From Planctomycetota bacterium (lineage in GTDB: Bacteria > Planctomycetota > Planctomycetia > Pirellulales > UBA7805), in NCBI GenBank assembly GCA_003389215.1, contig QQVP01000045.1:4535-68534 (forward strand): a stretch of DNA of 64,000 bases. The letters are read 5' to 3'. Position numbers and translations under genes: made by a program. Below the pieces are notes generated by a model. The model made no database searches. It was not told the origin of the DNA and saw only the letters and a program-made list of their open reading frames with translations. The number at the start of each line of letters is the position of its first letter. The stretch's first letter is position 1. Of the stretch, positions 31,719-41,383 are shown in pieces.

Positions 31719-31873
31719 AGCGTGTCTAGGTTAGGTGTCGCGTCATTGGCGCCGGCGAGGCGAGTTTGGCAAGGAGACCCGAAGCAGACGAATTGGTGAA
31801 TTCGTCGATGCAGGTCGACGTAGCCAAGCACAGCCGCAGCTAGCCAAGACGCTAGAGATAAACGAGACGCGCT

Positions 31874-33709
31874 CTAGTTGCGGGCGGGACGGGAACCCGT
31901 GGCGCGGCGGCGGACGAGCACCTGATAGGGACCCCGCTCGCCGTTGGCGAATCGCAGCGTCACTTTGAGTCGCCCGTCGCCGGCCGGCAATTCCACGCCG
32001 TCGATGCTGACGCGCTCCGCAGCCGGCTCGACGGCCACGTCGACGGTTCGACCCGCCACCTCGAGTGAAGCGGTGCCCACTGCTGCCGCGGCCGGTCGGA
32101 GGATCACCTCAAAGTCGTACGTGCCGGCCGTGGCCACGTGCAGGAGCCAATAGCCGTTCGAGTGGACGTCCCAGTTGCCGTCGCGCCAGTCTTGCCGCGT
32201 CAGCGCGGTGGGATTCTCGTGCGGCGTGCCGATGTGAATCCGCGGCGGGCCGTAGTTGTCCTCACGCGTCGACGAGACGTCGTCGAACCAGCGGTTGTAG
32301 GCCGCCTTCAGTCGCGTCACGACCTCCGGGTGCTCGGCCGCCAGATTCCTGGTCTCGCCCGGGTCGGCCACGATGTCGTACAGTTCGAGCTTTTCGAACG
32401 TGGGCGGCTTCTTGAACCCCGTGTAGCCGAAACCGGTCGGGTGGACCAGCTTCCAACGGGCGTCGCGAATCATGAAATGGTGGTAGCGAACGGGCACGTT
32501 GCCACGATGCGACTGGATGACAATCTCTCGCTCCGGCCAGTCGATCGATTCGCCTTTCAACAGCGGCAGGAAATTGCGACCGTCGAGCTTCAGCCCTGCG
32601 GGCACCGGAACTTCGCAGGCGGCCAGCAGCGTCGGCAACACATCGATGTGGGCGGCCGGTGTGTCGTCGACGTGCCCTGCCGTGAGCCGCGCCGGCCAGT
32701 GCATCCAAAAGGGCGAGCGGATGCCGCCTTCATGGACGTCGGACTTTCGCCCGCGAAGCTGCCGCGTGACGTAGCGGACCGTGTTCGGCCCGTTGTCAAC
32801 CATGTAGATGACGATCGTGTTCTCGGTCAGCTCCAGCTCGTCGAGTTTGTCAAAAAGTCGCCCCACGTTCTCGTCGATGTTGGTGATCATCGCGGCAATA
32901 CGGGCCAGCGTGTCGTGCTCGTGGGCCAATTTCGCGCCCGACGGCTTGTGGATCATCAACTCTTCGAGCGGCTTGGCCAGGTATTTCTGGCGCAGCGCTT
33001 CGGGCACATCGTGAAACGGTCCGTGCGGCGCGTTCGTCGGCAGGTAGATGAAGAAATTCTTGTCGTCACGTTGCGATTCTTCGATGAAGTCGAAGGCGGC
33101 GTCGAAGTAGACGTCCGTGCAATAGCCCTTGGTCGCTGTGGCGACGCCGTCGCGAAACAGAATGGCGTCGGTGTAGCGGCGGTCATTCTCCGGCGGATCG
33201 GAAGGCTGGCCGAGTCCACCGCCGCGATGCACCAGCGACGCGGAGAAACCTTGGTCCATCGGCCGCAACGGGTAATTGTCGCCCAGGTGCCACTTGCCGA
33301 AAATGCCGGTCGCGTAGCCCGCGTCGGCGAGCACCTCGGCGATGGTTACTTCGGCCGGCTCCATCATGGCACGACCCACAAAGGTGTCGATCGCCCGCGT
33401 GCGATAGTTGTAGCGGCCCGTCATCAGACAGGCCCGCGTCGGCGCGCAGACGGGGCTGACGTAGAAGGTGCTCATCGAGGCACTGCGACGGGCCATGGCA
33501 TCGATGTGTGGTGTTTCGATCAGCGGATTGCCGGTGGCACCAAAGTCGCCAAGGCCCTGATCGTCGCTCATGATCAAGACGACATTCGGTCGCGCGGCAA
33601 GACTCTCGGTCGCCACGACCAGGCCGCCGACCAGCGCCGTGACGACCACGAGCGACATGACGAAGATCGAGGATGCGGATGCGGAAAGCGAGCGGAGTGG
33701 GCGGGCCAT
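31874..33709 (-). CDS. Arylsulfatase-family sulfatase (formylglycine-type)
   Basis: Signal/anchor MARPLRSLSASASSIFVMSLVVVTALVGGLVVA, then SDDQGLGDFG and the CxPxR signature CAPTRACLMTGR. Start at ATG 33709. Confidence 0.9.
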   Translation of the reverse strand: MARPLRSLSASASSIFVMSLVVVTALVGGLVVATESLAARPNVVLIMSDDQGLGDFGATGNPLIETPHIDAMARRSASMSTFYVSPVCAPTRACLMTGRYNYRTRAIDTFVGRAMMEPAEVTIAEVLADAGYATGIFGKWHLGDNYPLRPMDQGFSASLVHRGGGLGQPSDPPENDRRYTDAILFRDGVATATKGYCTDVYFDAAFDFIEESQRDDKNFFIYLPTNAPHGPFHDVPEALRQKYLAKPLEELMIHKPSGAKLAHEHDTLARIAAMITNIDENVGRLFDKLDELELTENTIVIYMVDNGPNTVRYVTRQLRGRKSDVHEGGIRSPFWMHWPARLTAGHVDDTPAAHIDVLPTLLAACEVPVPAGLKLDGRNFLPLLKGESIDWPEREIVIQSHRGNVPVRYHHFMIRDARWKLVHPTGFGYTGFKKPPTFEKLELYDIVADPGETRNLAAEHPEVVTRLKAAYNRWFDDVSSTREDNYGPPRIHIGTPHENPTALTRQDWRDGNWDVHSNGYWLLHVATAGTYDFEVILRPAAAAVGTASLEVAGRTVDVAVEPAAERVSIDGVELPAGDGRLKVTLRFANGERGPYQVLVRRRATGSRPARN

Positions 33710-34039
33710 CGTCGAGGGTCCTGCGTGTGGGATAGCGCGGCAAAATCGGCGGGCTCGTATGGCGAGCCGACGGAGCCGACGGGCTGACGCTGCGAGCCGA
33801 CCGCAATCAGACGCGAACAGTCTAGCAGAGGCGACCGGTCGTCGCAGTGGTTCCGCATCGTCGCAAAGACCGGCAGAACATGGGCAGAAAACGTCCAATG
33901 ATGCCGGATTTGCCGGCACAACTGGTGGAACTGCACCCGTTTTCGAGCTACATCTATAGGGGCCTTATTGCGCTCGAAGCGCGTCACCGCCGCGTTCCGG
34001 TCATGGGGAACTCGCGGCCGAGAATCGATTGATTGCGTC

Positions 34040-36079
34040 ATGAAACTCCATCGTCCAAGTCGGCTCTGCGTTGCCGTGTTGTTTTGCGCGGTGGTGCTGC
34101 CGGCGCTGCCCGCAGCGGCCAACGAAACGCTGGCCCAGTTGGAAGCTCGCGTGCCGACCGAGCCGCTCGACTTCACCGCGGCGGCAACTGCGCAAGTCGC
34201 CACCTTGGCCGAGCAGGTCGAGGCGATCGAGTACCAAAACAGTCTCTATCCGGTCGACGCCACGGCGGAGCAAATCCTGGAGGTTGTCGAGAATCTGGTC
34301 GACGCCAAGGCGCGGGTCGATCGCCTGCTGCGGCGCACTGTGGAAGTCCGCGGCCGTTTCGTCGAAGAGCAAGACGAAGAGGTCCGCCGTACCGCCGCCC
34401 GCGAGTTTCTCGTGACCACCGCGATCCTGACGGAACTGTCGGGTCGCATTCGTTACATATCGTTCGATGCGCTGCACGAGGCGGCCTACGACATTCGCGA
34501 AAACAGCGAGTCGCGGGCGCGCATGCTGGAGATTCTGACCGAGTACCGCAGTTCGATCGGCGCCGCGGTGATGGCCCAGGGGATGCTGCGTCCGCCGGTG
34601 CCGGGTCCGCGGGGCCCGGGCGTGGCGGCGACGGCCACGGAGCAGGCGGCGGCGCTGAAGCTGATCCGCGCGACCCGTCAACACGACATGATCGACGTGG
34701 TGGCGAACTTCGCCCGCAGCACGTCCAATCCGCAATTGTTGATTTCTGCGGCCGTGACGATTCGCCGTATCGGCCTGCCCCAACCGCCGCGACCGGGTTC
34801 CGATCCGACACTGCCGCGACCGGCCATCACGGCGGCCGAGCTGCACGCGCTGCTCAGCCGCATCGATGCCTCGTCGCTCGACGAGTCGTGGAACGAACGT
34901 CGCGCAGACTTGCTGGCGTGGCTCGACGTGCGTCGTCGCGAGGGCGAACCGGACGCCACCTATCGGCTGGGCAACCTCGATGTTCGCGAGGGGGACTGGC
35001 TATTGATGCGGAATCCCTCGCCCTACAACCTGTTCACCGATCTCTCGCCGGGGCTGTTCACTCACGTGGGCGTGGTCACCACGGAGCGGGGTAGCGACGG
35101 CATTCGCCGCTTTGTCGTCGTCGACCTGCCGGAGCGCGGCAATGCGATTCCGGCGGTGCCGGTCGATACGTTCGTTCGCCGCACGCTCGACTATGTCTTT
35201 CTCCGCCACGTTGACGACGAGGCCGGCGAAACGATGAGTGACGTGGCCCGCTCGATTATCGGCAACGAGTCGCACTTCGACTTGAACTTCCGCACCGCAG
35301 GGATCGAACGTCTGAAGGGACAAGATCTCGCCGGCAAGAAGATCGAGGGCTACTGTGCCGGGCTGTTGTTGCTCTGTGCCCAGGCCACCGAGCGACCCCG
35401 CAGCGATTTCTTTCCGGTGGCCGAACATCCGGCCGGCGGCAACACGCTCGCCAACCTCGAGAAGCTCGGCATCTCGATGGGTCACGATTTCCTCTCGCCC
35501 ACCGGCGCCCTTTTCTCGGACAAGCTGCAGTTGGTCGGCCGCCGCGAAACGATGTACGACCCGCGCCGTCAGATCGAGCAGGCGGTTTACGATCACTTCG
35601 CCGCGGGATTGCGTGAAGGCGAACTGACGCCGTCGCCCGACTGGTTCCAATCGCTGCGTGAACGGTTGGCGAAGGCGTCGAAGAACAATCCGCTGTTGGC
35701 GCGGGCGCTGGCCGACGCCGCGGGGGTGAATCGCAACATGGACCTGGTGGCGGCCGCGAAGCTCGGCGCCGTGATCGAGACGCTCGACGAAATTGCCTAC
35801 GGCGCCAGCGGCGAGTATCGCCTGGCCATGACGGCCATGCGCAGCGAGCCGGCCCGCGGGCGGCTACGCCGCGCCCAGAACGAGCGCACGCGGCAGTTGC
35901 AGAAGTACCAGCAGCGGCATGCCGATCTCTATCAGGCCTTCGGCCGCGGCGAGATCTCGCCGCGGCAGTTGCGAATTGCCCTGGTCGGCTATTACGTGGC
36001 CAAGGGGAAACGCCAACTGAACGAGCGATTTTTCCGCGAGCCGGAAAAACAAGGGGAGCCGGAAAAACAAAGGGAATAG
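34040..36079 (+). CDS. Secreted protein with a central YiiX-like permuted papain-fold domain
   Basis: Signal peptide MKLHRPSRLCVAVLFCAVVLPALPAAA. EGDWLLMRNPSPYNLFTDLSPGLFTHVGVV, followed about 110 aa later by IEGYCAGLLLLCAQ, matches the His-then-Cys order of permuted NlpC/P60-like amidases. The flanking regions are helical. Confidence 0.6.
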   Translation: MKLHRPSRLCVAVLFCAVVLPALPAAANETLAQLEARVPTEPLDFTAAATAQVATLAEQVEAIEYQNSLYPVDATAEQILEVVENLVDAKARVDRLLRRTVEVRGRFVEEQDEEVRRTAAREFLVTTAILTELSGRIRYISFDALHEAAYDIRENSESRARMLEILTEYRSSIGAAVMAQGMLRPPVPGPRGPGVAATATEQAAALKLIRATRQHDMIDVVANFARSTSNPQLLISAAVTIRRIGLPQPPRPGSDPTLPRPAITAAELHALLSRIDASSLDESWNERRADLLAWLDVRRREGEPDATYRLGNLDVREGDWLLMRNPSPYNLFTDLSPGLFTHVGVVTTERGSDGIRRFVVVDLPERGNAIPAVPVDTFVRRTLDYVFLRHVDDEAGETMSDVARSIIGNESHFDLNFRTAGIERLKGQDLAGKKIEGYCAGLLLLCAQATERPRSDFFPVAEHPAGGNTLANLEKLGISMGHDFLSPTGALFSDKLQLVGRRETMYDPRRQIEQAVYDHFAAGLREGELTPSPDWFQSLRERLAKASKNNPLLARALADAAGVNRNMDLVAAAKLGAVIETLDEIAYGASGEYRLAMTAMRSEPARGRLRRAQNERTRQLQKYQQRHADLYQAFGRGEISPRQLRIALVGYYVAKGKRQLNERFFREPEKQGEPEKQRE

Positions 36080-36130
36080 GGCCTTCGTGCCGGCCCGCGC
36101 AAGACATCTGGACCGGGGTCGCCGGATGCT

Positions 36131-36136
36131 TAGAAT
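36131..36136 (+). promoter_or_regulatory. -10-like box TAGAAT (tTAGAAT) in the trkA upstream region
   Basis: Lies 47 nt upstream of the terminator hairpin at 36184 and 183 nt upstream of the trkA ATG. Confidence 0.25.
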
Positions 36137-36183
36137 GACGGGGATGGATGGCAGTCGATCCGCCTGATGGTACGATTTAGAAA

Positions 36184-36225
36184 AGCCCGTCGTCCCCTGT
36201 TGGACGTCGGGCTGCGTCTTTTTTC
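36184..36225 (+). terminator. Intrinsic terminator (AGCCCGTCGTCC-cctgtt-GGACGTCGGGCT + T-run)
   Basis: 12-bp stem with one mismatch, followed by gcgTCTTTTTT. It sits 105 nt after the upstream stop and 94 nt before the trkA ATG. Confidence 0.7.
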
Positions 36226-36318
36226 CAACCTTGCCTTTTGCCGGTCCGGGCAGCTTGCCAAATCGCACGTAGCGATCGGGCCCGTGTCGAAATCAGATTC
36301 CGGCAGACTTCGATTCTC

Positions 36319-37671
36319 ATGGCACTGAACATTGTGGTCCTGGGATGCGGGACCGTCGGCACCTCGATCGCAGACGTCTTGTGTCAGCATCGGCACAACG
36401 TGACCGTGATCGATCAAGACAGCGACAAGACCCAAAAGGTGAACGAGCGGCTCGACGTGCGCACCCTGACGGGCAACGCCTCGCAGTCGAGCGTCTTGTT
36501 TCAGGCGGGCGTCCCCAGCTGCGACTTGTGTCTGGCGGTGACCGGCAGCGACGAGGTGAACTTGATCGCCGCTAGCATGGCCAAGGCGATGGGGGCCGGG
36601 AGGACGATCGCGCGGGTCTACGCGCCCGTTTACCGCGATCTTTCCACGTTCGACTATCACCGCCACTTTCACGTCGATCGACTCTTGAGCCTAGAGCACC
36701 TCTCGGCGATGGAGTTGGCCCATGGCATTCGTCACGGCGGCACGGTGGCCATGGAGTCGTTTGCCCGGGGCAAACTCGAGGTCGACGAATTCGAGATCAG
36801 CCCCAACGCGGCGGCTGTCGACAAACTGATCAAAGAACTGGGTCTGCCGACCGGTATTCGCATCGCCTGTGTGTCGCGCGAGGGCCAGACGACCCTGGCC
36901 CTGGCCGACGAACAGCTCCGCGTGGGCGATCGCGTCACGCTGATCGGCACCGCCGAGGCGATCGAAGAACTCAAGGGCATGTTCCAGACCGGTACGACTC
37001 CGCGGCGCGACGTGGTCATCGCGGGCGGCGGCGAGACCGGATATCACCTGGCCCTGGCCCTGCAGCACGGCCGCTTCGGCGTGGTGCTGATGGAACGCGA
37101 CATCGAACGCTGCGAGTACCTGGCCGCCAAGCTGGAGCGAACCACGGTCGTCAACAGCGACGCGACCTATCGCGATCAGCTCGAAGAGGAACGCGTCGGC
37201 ACGGCCGACGTGTTCGTGGCAACCACCGGCGACGACGAAGAGAACATCATGGCCTGCGTTACCGCGCGGGAGATTGGGGCCAAGCAGATCCTCTCGATCG
37301 TCAGTCGGCCCGACTATGCCGAGGTCGTCGGCAAATTGGGCATCGATCAGGCGGTCAGCCCGCGCGAGGTGGTGGCCCGCCAGGTGCTCGGCCTGTTGCA
37401 CAAGGGAGCGGTTATCTCGCGGAGTTCGCTGGGGGCCGGCGGTTTGAACGTCTTCGAGATCGAGGTCCGCGAGGGCGCCCCGATTACCGAGCATGTACTG
37501 GCCAACGTGCGGCTGCCGGCCAAGTGCTTAATCGCCGTCGTCGTCCAAGAGGACTTCGTCCGCGTGCCGGGCGCCGACGATCGCCTTCATGCCGGCGATA
37601 CGGTGATCGCGCTGATCGACGATTCAGCCGTCGCGGAGTCCCTGCAAATGTTCAGCACCAATGGAAGCTAG
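36319..37671 (+). CDS. trkA: Trk system potassium uptake protein TrkA (two RCK/NAD-binding modules)
   Basis: MALNIVVLGCGTVGTSIA and a second Rossmann VVIAGGGETGYHLA. 450 aa. Confidence 0.9.
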   Translation: MALNIVVLGCGTVGTSIADVLCQHRHNVTVIDQDSDKTQKVNERLDVRTLTGNASQSSVLFQAGVPSCDLCLAVTGSDEVNLIAASMAKAMGAGRTIARVYAPVYRDLSTFDYHRHFHVDRLLSLEHLSAMELAHGIRHGGTVAMESFARGKLEVDEFEISPNAAAVDKLIKELGLPTGIRIACVSREGQTTLALADEQLRVGDRVTLIGTAEAIEELKGMFQTGTTPRRDVVIAGGGETGYHLALALQHGRFGVVLMERDIERCEYLAAKLERTTVVNSDATYRDQLEEERVGTADVFVATTGDDEENIMACVTAREIGAKQILSIVSRPDYAEVVGKLGIDQAVSPREVVARQVLGLLHKGAVISRSSLGAGGLNVFEIEVREGAPITEHVLANVRLPAKCLIAVVVQEDFVRVPGADDRLHAGDTVIALIDDSAVAESLQMFSTNGS

Positions 37672-37817
37672 CGCCGCGGTGCCAACACGGTCTTGCGGTG
37701 CCAACACGGTCTTATTGTCACTCTGCCGAAACGTCTTTGACGCCCCCTCGCTTGACAGTCCCGTTGCTTGACACTCCCGCTGGTTCTTGAAACCACCCAC
37801 GCGATGCATCCTCGGCC

Positions 37818-39422
37818 ATGAATTTCTCTCTTCTGGCAAAAATGCTGAGTCGCATCGCGTTCCTCATCGGCGGCACGATGGTATTCAGCCTGCCCTGGAC
37901 CTTGCCGGCGCTGGGGGCCGCGGCCGAGTTTGAACGGGCCGGCTTCATCGGGCTGGCCGGGTCGATCGTCGTGGCGGCCGCGGTGGGGGGCCTGCTGTGG
38001 TATTTGGGTCGCGAAGCCAACGGCAGCCTCTATCGCAAGGAGGCCATGGCGGTCGTCGGACTGAGCTGGGTCTTGGCCACCGTGCTCGGCGCGCTTCCCT
38101 ATCTGATCAGCGGCACCAAACTGGGACCCGAGCGCCCGATGCAGGTCTGGGATGCCCTCTTCGAATCGCAGTCCGGCTTCAGCACGACGGGCGCCACGGT
38201 CATTACCGATCTGGAAGATCCAGACCTGGTGCCGCGCTCGATCTTGTTCTGGCGCAGCAGTACCCACTTTCTCGGCGGTCTGGGCATCATCGTCTTGTTC
38301 GTGGCAATCCTCGGTCAGGGTTCTGCCGGCAAGGCCTTGATGCGCTCCGAAATGCCGGGGCCGAGCAAGGAAGGTTCACAGGCCCGCATGCAGCACACGG
38401 CCTGGTACTTCGCCTCGATCTACCTGGGTCTCACCGCGGTGCTCACGCTGCTGTTGCGGGTCGAGGGCTTGGACTGGTTCGATTCGCTCTGTCACTCGTT
38501 CGGCACGATGGCCACCGGCGGCTTCAGCACCTACAACGACAGCGTGGGGGCGTTCGCCACTTTGCCCTACATCAGCGAGACGCAGGCCGTCCTCATCGAG
38601 GTCACGATCATCGTCTTCATGGTGCTCGCCGGCACGAACTTTACGCTGCTCTACTTCGTGCTCGTGCTGCAGCCCGGCAAGTTGTTCGCCGACCTGGAAT
38701 GGCGGGTCTTCGCGCTGGTCATTGTGGGCGGCACGCTGGTGATCCTCGGATTCGGACGCTTTCATCAGGACTTTGGCAGCTGGGGCGAAGGCGTTCGGCA
38801 CGGCCTGTTCCAGGTGGTCTCCGTCATGACAACCACCGGCTACGGTACCACGGCCGACTTCAACAGTTGGAACAGCGTCGGTCGCGGTTTGTTGTTCCTG
38901 TTGATGTTCGTCGGCGGGTGCGCGGGCAGCACCGGCGGCGGACTGAAGGTGATTCGCCACATCCTGTTTCTCAAGATTATGGGGCTGGAGCTCGAGCGGG
39001 CCTATCACCCCAGCGTCGTCCGGCCGCTGCGGATTAGCGGACAGCCGGTCGAGGATCCCGAGCTGCGTCGCAACATCCTGGTCTACTTCGGGCTGGTGCT
39101 GGTGATCTTCGTGTTCAGTTGGATGGCCCTGGTGGCGATGGAGCCCGATGACACCTGGCGCGAGACGATGCTGGCCGACGGCGAGGTCGCCGCGGAGGCC
39201 GCCGAACGCAGCATCGAGCACAAACTGATCGACAGCGCCTCGGGCATTGCGGCCACCCTGAACAACATCGGACCGGGGCTGGGCGTGGTGGGGGCCAAAC
39301 AGAACTACGCCCTGTTCAGTCCCGCGGCGAAGCTGTTGTTTACGTTTCTGATGATGCTCGGACGGCTGGAGATCTTCGTGATCCTGGTGCTGCTGCTACC
39401 CGGCTTTTGGCGGGCTCACTAG
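37818..39422 (+). CDS. trkH: Trk-type K+ transporter membrane subunit TrkH
   Basis: 534 aa, polytopic. Four P-loop-like segments (GFSTTGATV, MATGGFST, MTTTGYGT, NNIGPGLG). Confidence 0.9.
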   Translation: MNFSLLAKMLSRIAFLIGGTMVFSLPWTLPALGAAAEFERAGFIGLAGSIVVAAAVGGLLWYLGREANGSLYRKEAMAVVGLSWVLATVLGALPYLISGTKLGPERPMQVWDALFESQSGFSTTGATVITDLEDPDLVPRSILFWRSSTHFLGGLGIIVLFVAILGQGSAGKALMRSEMPGPSKEGSQARMQHTAWYFASIYLGLTAVLTLLLRVEGLDWFDSLCHSFGTMATGGFSTYNDSVGAFATLPYISETQAVLIEVTIIVFMVLAGTNFTLLYFVLVLQPGKLFADLEWRVFALVIVGGTLVILGFGRFHQDFGSWGEGVRHGLFQVVSVMTTTGYGTTADFNSWNSVGRGLLFLLMFVGGCAGSTGGGLKVIRHILFLKIMGLELERAYHPSVVRPLRISGQPVEDPELRRNILVYFGLVLVIFVFSWMALVAMEPDDTWRETMLADGEVAAEAAERSIEHKLIDSASGIAATLNNIGPGLGVVGAKQNYALFSPAAKLLFTFLMMLGRLEIFVILVLLLPGFWRAH

Positions 39423-39654
39423 CCCCATTCGCCACATTGGGTCGCCCGCGTCACTTGGTTGCCACTCGGGCGGGTGAGCCGTCGTTGCGGTCGCCGCCGG
39501 GCCCACCGTTCGTCGCGACAATTGTCGTCGGGGTCGGCGGCACACTATACTGGAAGGTCGCGTGCCCTCGGGGCACCCGGCCGGCCCTCCCACCTGCCGC
39601 GTTGGCCATAGCCGACGCGTCCCCCTGCCAAGAACCCGAGAGGATCTTCCCTCG

Positions 39655-41097
39655 ATGCGACGTGCCTTGCCGCTTTCCGTGTTCTGTCTGTCGCTGTTGA
39701 CACTTGCCGCGGTCGCGCGGGCCGAGGACGCTCCTCAGGCCACCGAAGACGGCGCGGTTAGCTACTACCGCGACGTGCGACCGATCTTTCAGGCTCGCTG
39801 TTTCGGCTGCCATCAGCCGGCCAAGCCCCAGGGTGGTCTGGACATGACCAACTTCACCGGTCTGCTTGAAGGCGGCGATTCGGGCGATCCGGTCGTCGTG
39901 GCCAGCGATCCGGAGGAAGGAACGCTGCTCGAGCAGATCGAAGCGGTCGACGGTGTGGCCGAGATGCCCAAGGACGGCAATCCGCTGACCGCTGACCAGT
40001 TCGCGCTGATTCGACGCTGGCTCGAAGAGGGGGCCAAGGACGACACACCGGCCGCCGACACGGCCATCTACGACGCGGACAACCCGCCGCAGTACGAATC
40101 GGCCCCGCTGATCACCTCGGTCGACTTCTCGCCCGACGGCAAGCTGCTGGCGGTGTCGGGCTATCACGAAGTGTTGCTGCACGAGATCGACGCCGACGGC
40201 AAGGCACAGTTGGCCGGTCGCCTGGTGGGACTTTCCGAGCGGATCGAGTCGGCGATGTTCTCGCCCGACGGAACGCGACTGGCCGTAACGGGTGGTTCGC
40301 CCGGTCGGCTCGGCGAGTTGCAGATCTGGAACGTGGCCGATCGCGAACTCGAACGTTCCATCTCGGTTACCTACGATACGATTTACGGCGCGAGCTGGTC
40401 ACCTGACGGTTCGCTGGTGGCCTTTGGTTGCGGCGACAATACGTTGCGGGCCATCCGGGTCGAAGACGGCGAGCAGGTCTTCTATCAGCGGACGCACGAC
40501 GACTGGGTTCTCGACAGCGTCTTCTCGGTGCAGGGAGACCACCTGGTGTCGGTCAGTCGCGACCGCACGATGAAGCTCAATCACGTCGCCACGCAGCGGT
40601 TCATCGACAACATCACCTCGATCACGCCGGGGGCGCTCAAGGGTGGCCTCTATTCGGTCGATCGACATCCGGAGAAGGACGAGCTGGTGATCGGCGGAGC
40701 GGACGGGGTGCCGAAGATCTACAAGATGTTTCGCACGCAGGCCCGTCGCATCGGCGATGACTTCAATTTGATTCGCAAGTTTCCCGCCTTGCCGGGGCGT
40801 GTCTTCTCGGTGCAGTTCAGTCGCGACGGACGTCACATCGTGGCGGCAAGCAGCAAGGATCGCCAGGGTGAGGTGTGGGTCTACGACGTCGAGACCGGCA
40901 AGGTGCAATCAAAGCTGGCGGGCATCGAGGCGGGTGTGTTTACCGCGGCCTTCAGCCCCGATGCCAAGCGGGTCGCCTCAGGTGGCTTCGGCGGAGAGGT
41001 CTATCTGCACGACGCGATGACGGGCGAGCTGCTCTCCAAGTTCGTGCCGGTGCCGCTCGACAAGGGCGAATCGCTGGCCGGCGCTGCGGCCCCGTAG
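39655..41097 (+). CDS. Planctomycete cytochrome-c (PSCyt1) domain / WD40 repeat protein
   Basis: Signal peptide. YYRDVRPIFQARCFGCHQPAKPQGGLDMT (CxxCH), followed by WD40-like repeats (FSPDG... x several). Confidence 0.85.
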   Translation: MRRALPLSVFCLSLLTLAAVARAEDAPQATEDGAVSYYRDVRPIFQARCFGCHQPAKPQGGLDMTNFTGLLEGGDSGDPVVVASDPEEGTLLEQIEAVDGVAEMPKDGNPLTADQFALIRRWLEEGAKDDTPAADTAIYDADNPPQYESAPLITSVDFSPDGKLLAVSGYHEVLLHEIDADGKAQLAGRLVGLSERIESAMFSPDGTRLAVTGGSPGRLGELQIWNVADRELERSISVTYDTIYGASWSPDGSLVAFGCGDNTLRAIRVEDGEQVFYQRTHDDWVLDSVFSVQGDHLVSVSRDRTMKLNHVATQRFIDNITSITPGALKGGLYSVDRHPEKDELVIGGADGVPKIYKMFRTQARRIGDDFNLIRKFPALPGRVFSVQFSRDGRHIVAASSKDRQGEVWVYDVETGKVQSKLAGIEAGVFTAAFSPDAKRVASGGFGGEVYLHDAMTGELLSKFVPVPLDKGESLAGAAAP

Positions 41098-41383
41098 CGA
41101 CGGCCCCCTAGCGAAGATGGCCGCCGTCCGCCGGCGAGCCGTGTGACGAAGGAACCGTGCGGCCGAGGAGCGGGCACTTGGCCCGTGGCGGCCGCCGATT
41201 TTCGATTCGCATCGCCAAGGCGACACATCTTCCGTAAAATGACGAGGAGAGTTTCGCGTCCGGCCGTCAGGTCAGGGGCGCGTGGCCATCGGGGGCGATT
41301 TGAGGAGATTGCCGGTTGCCTACCGTCGGGTCGGTCGCTGCACGTTGTCCTTGCGAGCTGCCGATCAAGTCAACGAGATCAGG

